Part shown: piece after piece, positions 63,653-64,000 of the stretch
Layout of the letters: the number at the start of each line of letters is the position of its first letter
Position numbering within the stretch: position 1 is the stretch's first letter
DNA from: an uncultured Clostridia bacterium
GTDB taxonomy: Bacteria > Bacillota > Clostridia > Christensenellales > CAG-917
Length of the DNA stretch: 64,000 nt
NCBI GenBank assembly: GCA_944363035.1
Contig: CALVTS010000001.1
Location: 691-64,690 of the forward strand
Direction: 5' to 3'
Notes under the pieces: generated by a model
The model's database searches: none
What the model was told of the DNA's origin: nothing
The model's input: only the letters and a program-made list of their open reading frames with translations
Translations under genes and position numbers: made by a program

Positions 63653-64000
63653 TCACTCCAGTTCGAAGGCGCCCGTATACAACTGATAATACCTCCCCTG
63701 TTTTGCGAGGAGCTCGTCGTGGGAGCCGCGTTCGATGATCTCGCCGTGCTCGAGGACGAGGATGACGTCGGCGTTGCGGACGGTGGAGAGACGGTGAGCG
63801 ATGATGAAGACCGTCCTGCCGTTCATGATCCTGTCCATACCCTTCTCGATGAGTTTTTCGGTGCGGGTGTCGATGGAACTCGTCGCCTCGTCCAGGATGA
63901 GGACGGGGGGATTGGCGACCGCCGCGCGCGCGATGGACAAAAGCTGACGCTGTCCCTGAGAGAGGTTGCTCCCGTCCCCCGAGATGACGGTGTCGTAGCC
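63653..64000 (-). CDS. ABC transporter ATP-binding domain (C-terminal part of an exporter-type permease/ATPase fusion); 5' end outside the window
   Basis: The frame is open to the window edge. It contains the signature and Walker B region [32 protein letters not shown], the H-loop IIAHRL, and a C-terminus ending in [10 protein letters not shown]. Confidence 0.85.
   Translation of the reverse strand, partial: GYDTVISGDGSNLSQGQRQLLSIARAAVANPPVLILDEATSSIDTRTEKLIEKGMDRIMNGRTVFIIAHRLSTVRNADVILVLEHGEIIERGSHDELLAKQGRYYQLYTGAFELE

Overview
This 64-kb chromosomal window comes from a high-GC (about 58-60 percent by eye), spore-forming Firmicutes/Clostridia-type genome. That placement rests on the gene order yqfC-yqfD-phoH-pgpH-ybeY-era-yqzL-recO plus CotJC-like, SecG-like and SmpB genes. 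I support about 50 protein genes, mostly on the minus strand and mostly housekeeping: metA/metY, smpB, tsaC/ywlE, dnaB, pepF, parE/parC-type topoisomerase, murG, an ApbE-NusG_II-Gx cluster, degV, nifS, proA, yebC, infC-rpmI-rplT and thrS. There are also envelope and lipid genes (GDPD, PAP2, two MFS paralogs, an S41 peptidase, a lysophospholipase-like hydrolase, two metallophosphoesterases), an Mrr-type restriction endonuclease and one tRNA-Glu(CUC). I saw no rRNA, CRISPR array, transposase, integrase or reverse transcriptase. The unusual signal is non-coding. Roughly 4-5 kb consists of interlocking repeat families. (i) A ~280-320 bp MITE with 24-bp terminal inverted repeats and TA flanks: 3 full copies plus fragments. 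(ii) A 353-bp hairpin-rich element in three copies, plus one diverged inverted relative that keeps the termini and a structurally equivalent terminal hairpin. (iii) A 231-bp segment duplicated perfectly at a 258-bp period and bounded by inverted termini. (iv) Degenerate 32-33 nt tandem units. (v) A ~144-bp tandem array. (vi) A 21-nt core, AATAGTATACATATTGGCAAG, that sits at the apex of long hairpins whose stems differ between copies but stay complementary. Several of these elements abut or replace gene 3' ends. Protein-level oddities are a DnaB helicase with a ~105-aa acidic tail ending in an SSB-like DLPF tip, and a two-gene operon of zinc-ribbon membrane proteins, one of which exceeds 1335 aa and runs off the window. 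All calls come from reading the sequence and the ORF track, with no searches run. Coordinates of non-ORF features are accurate to a few bp, and identity percentages are by-eye estimates.
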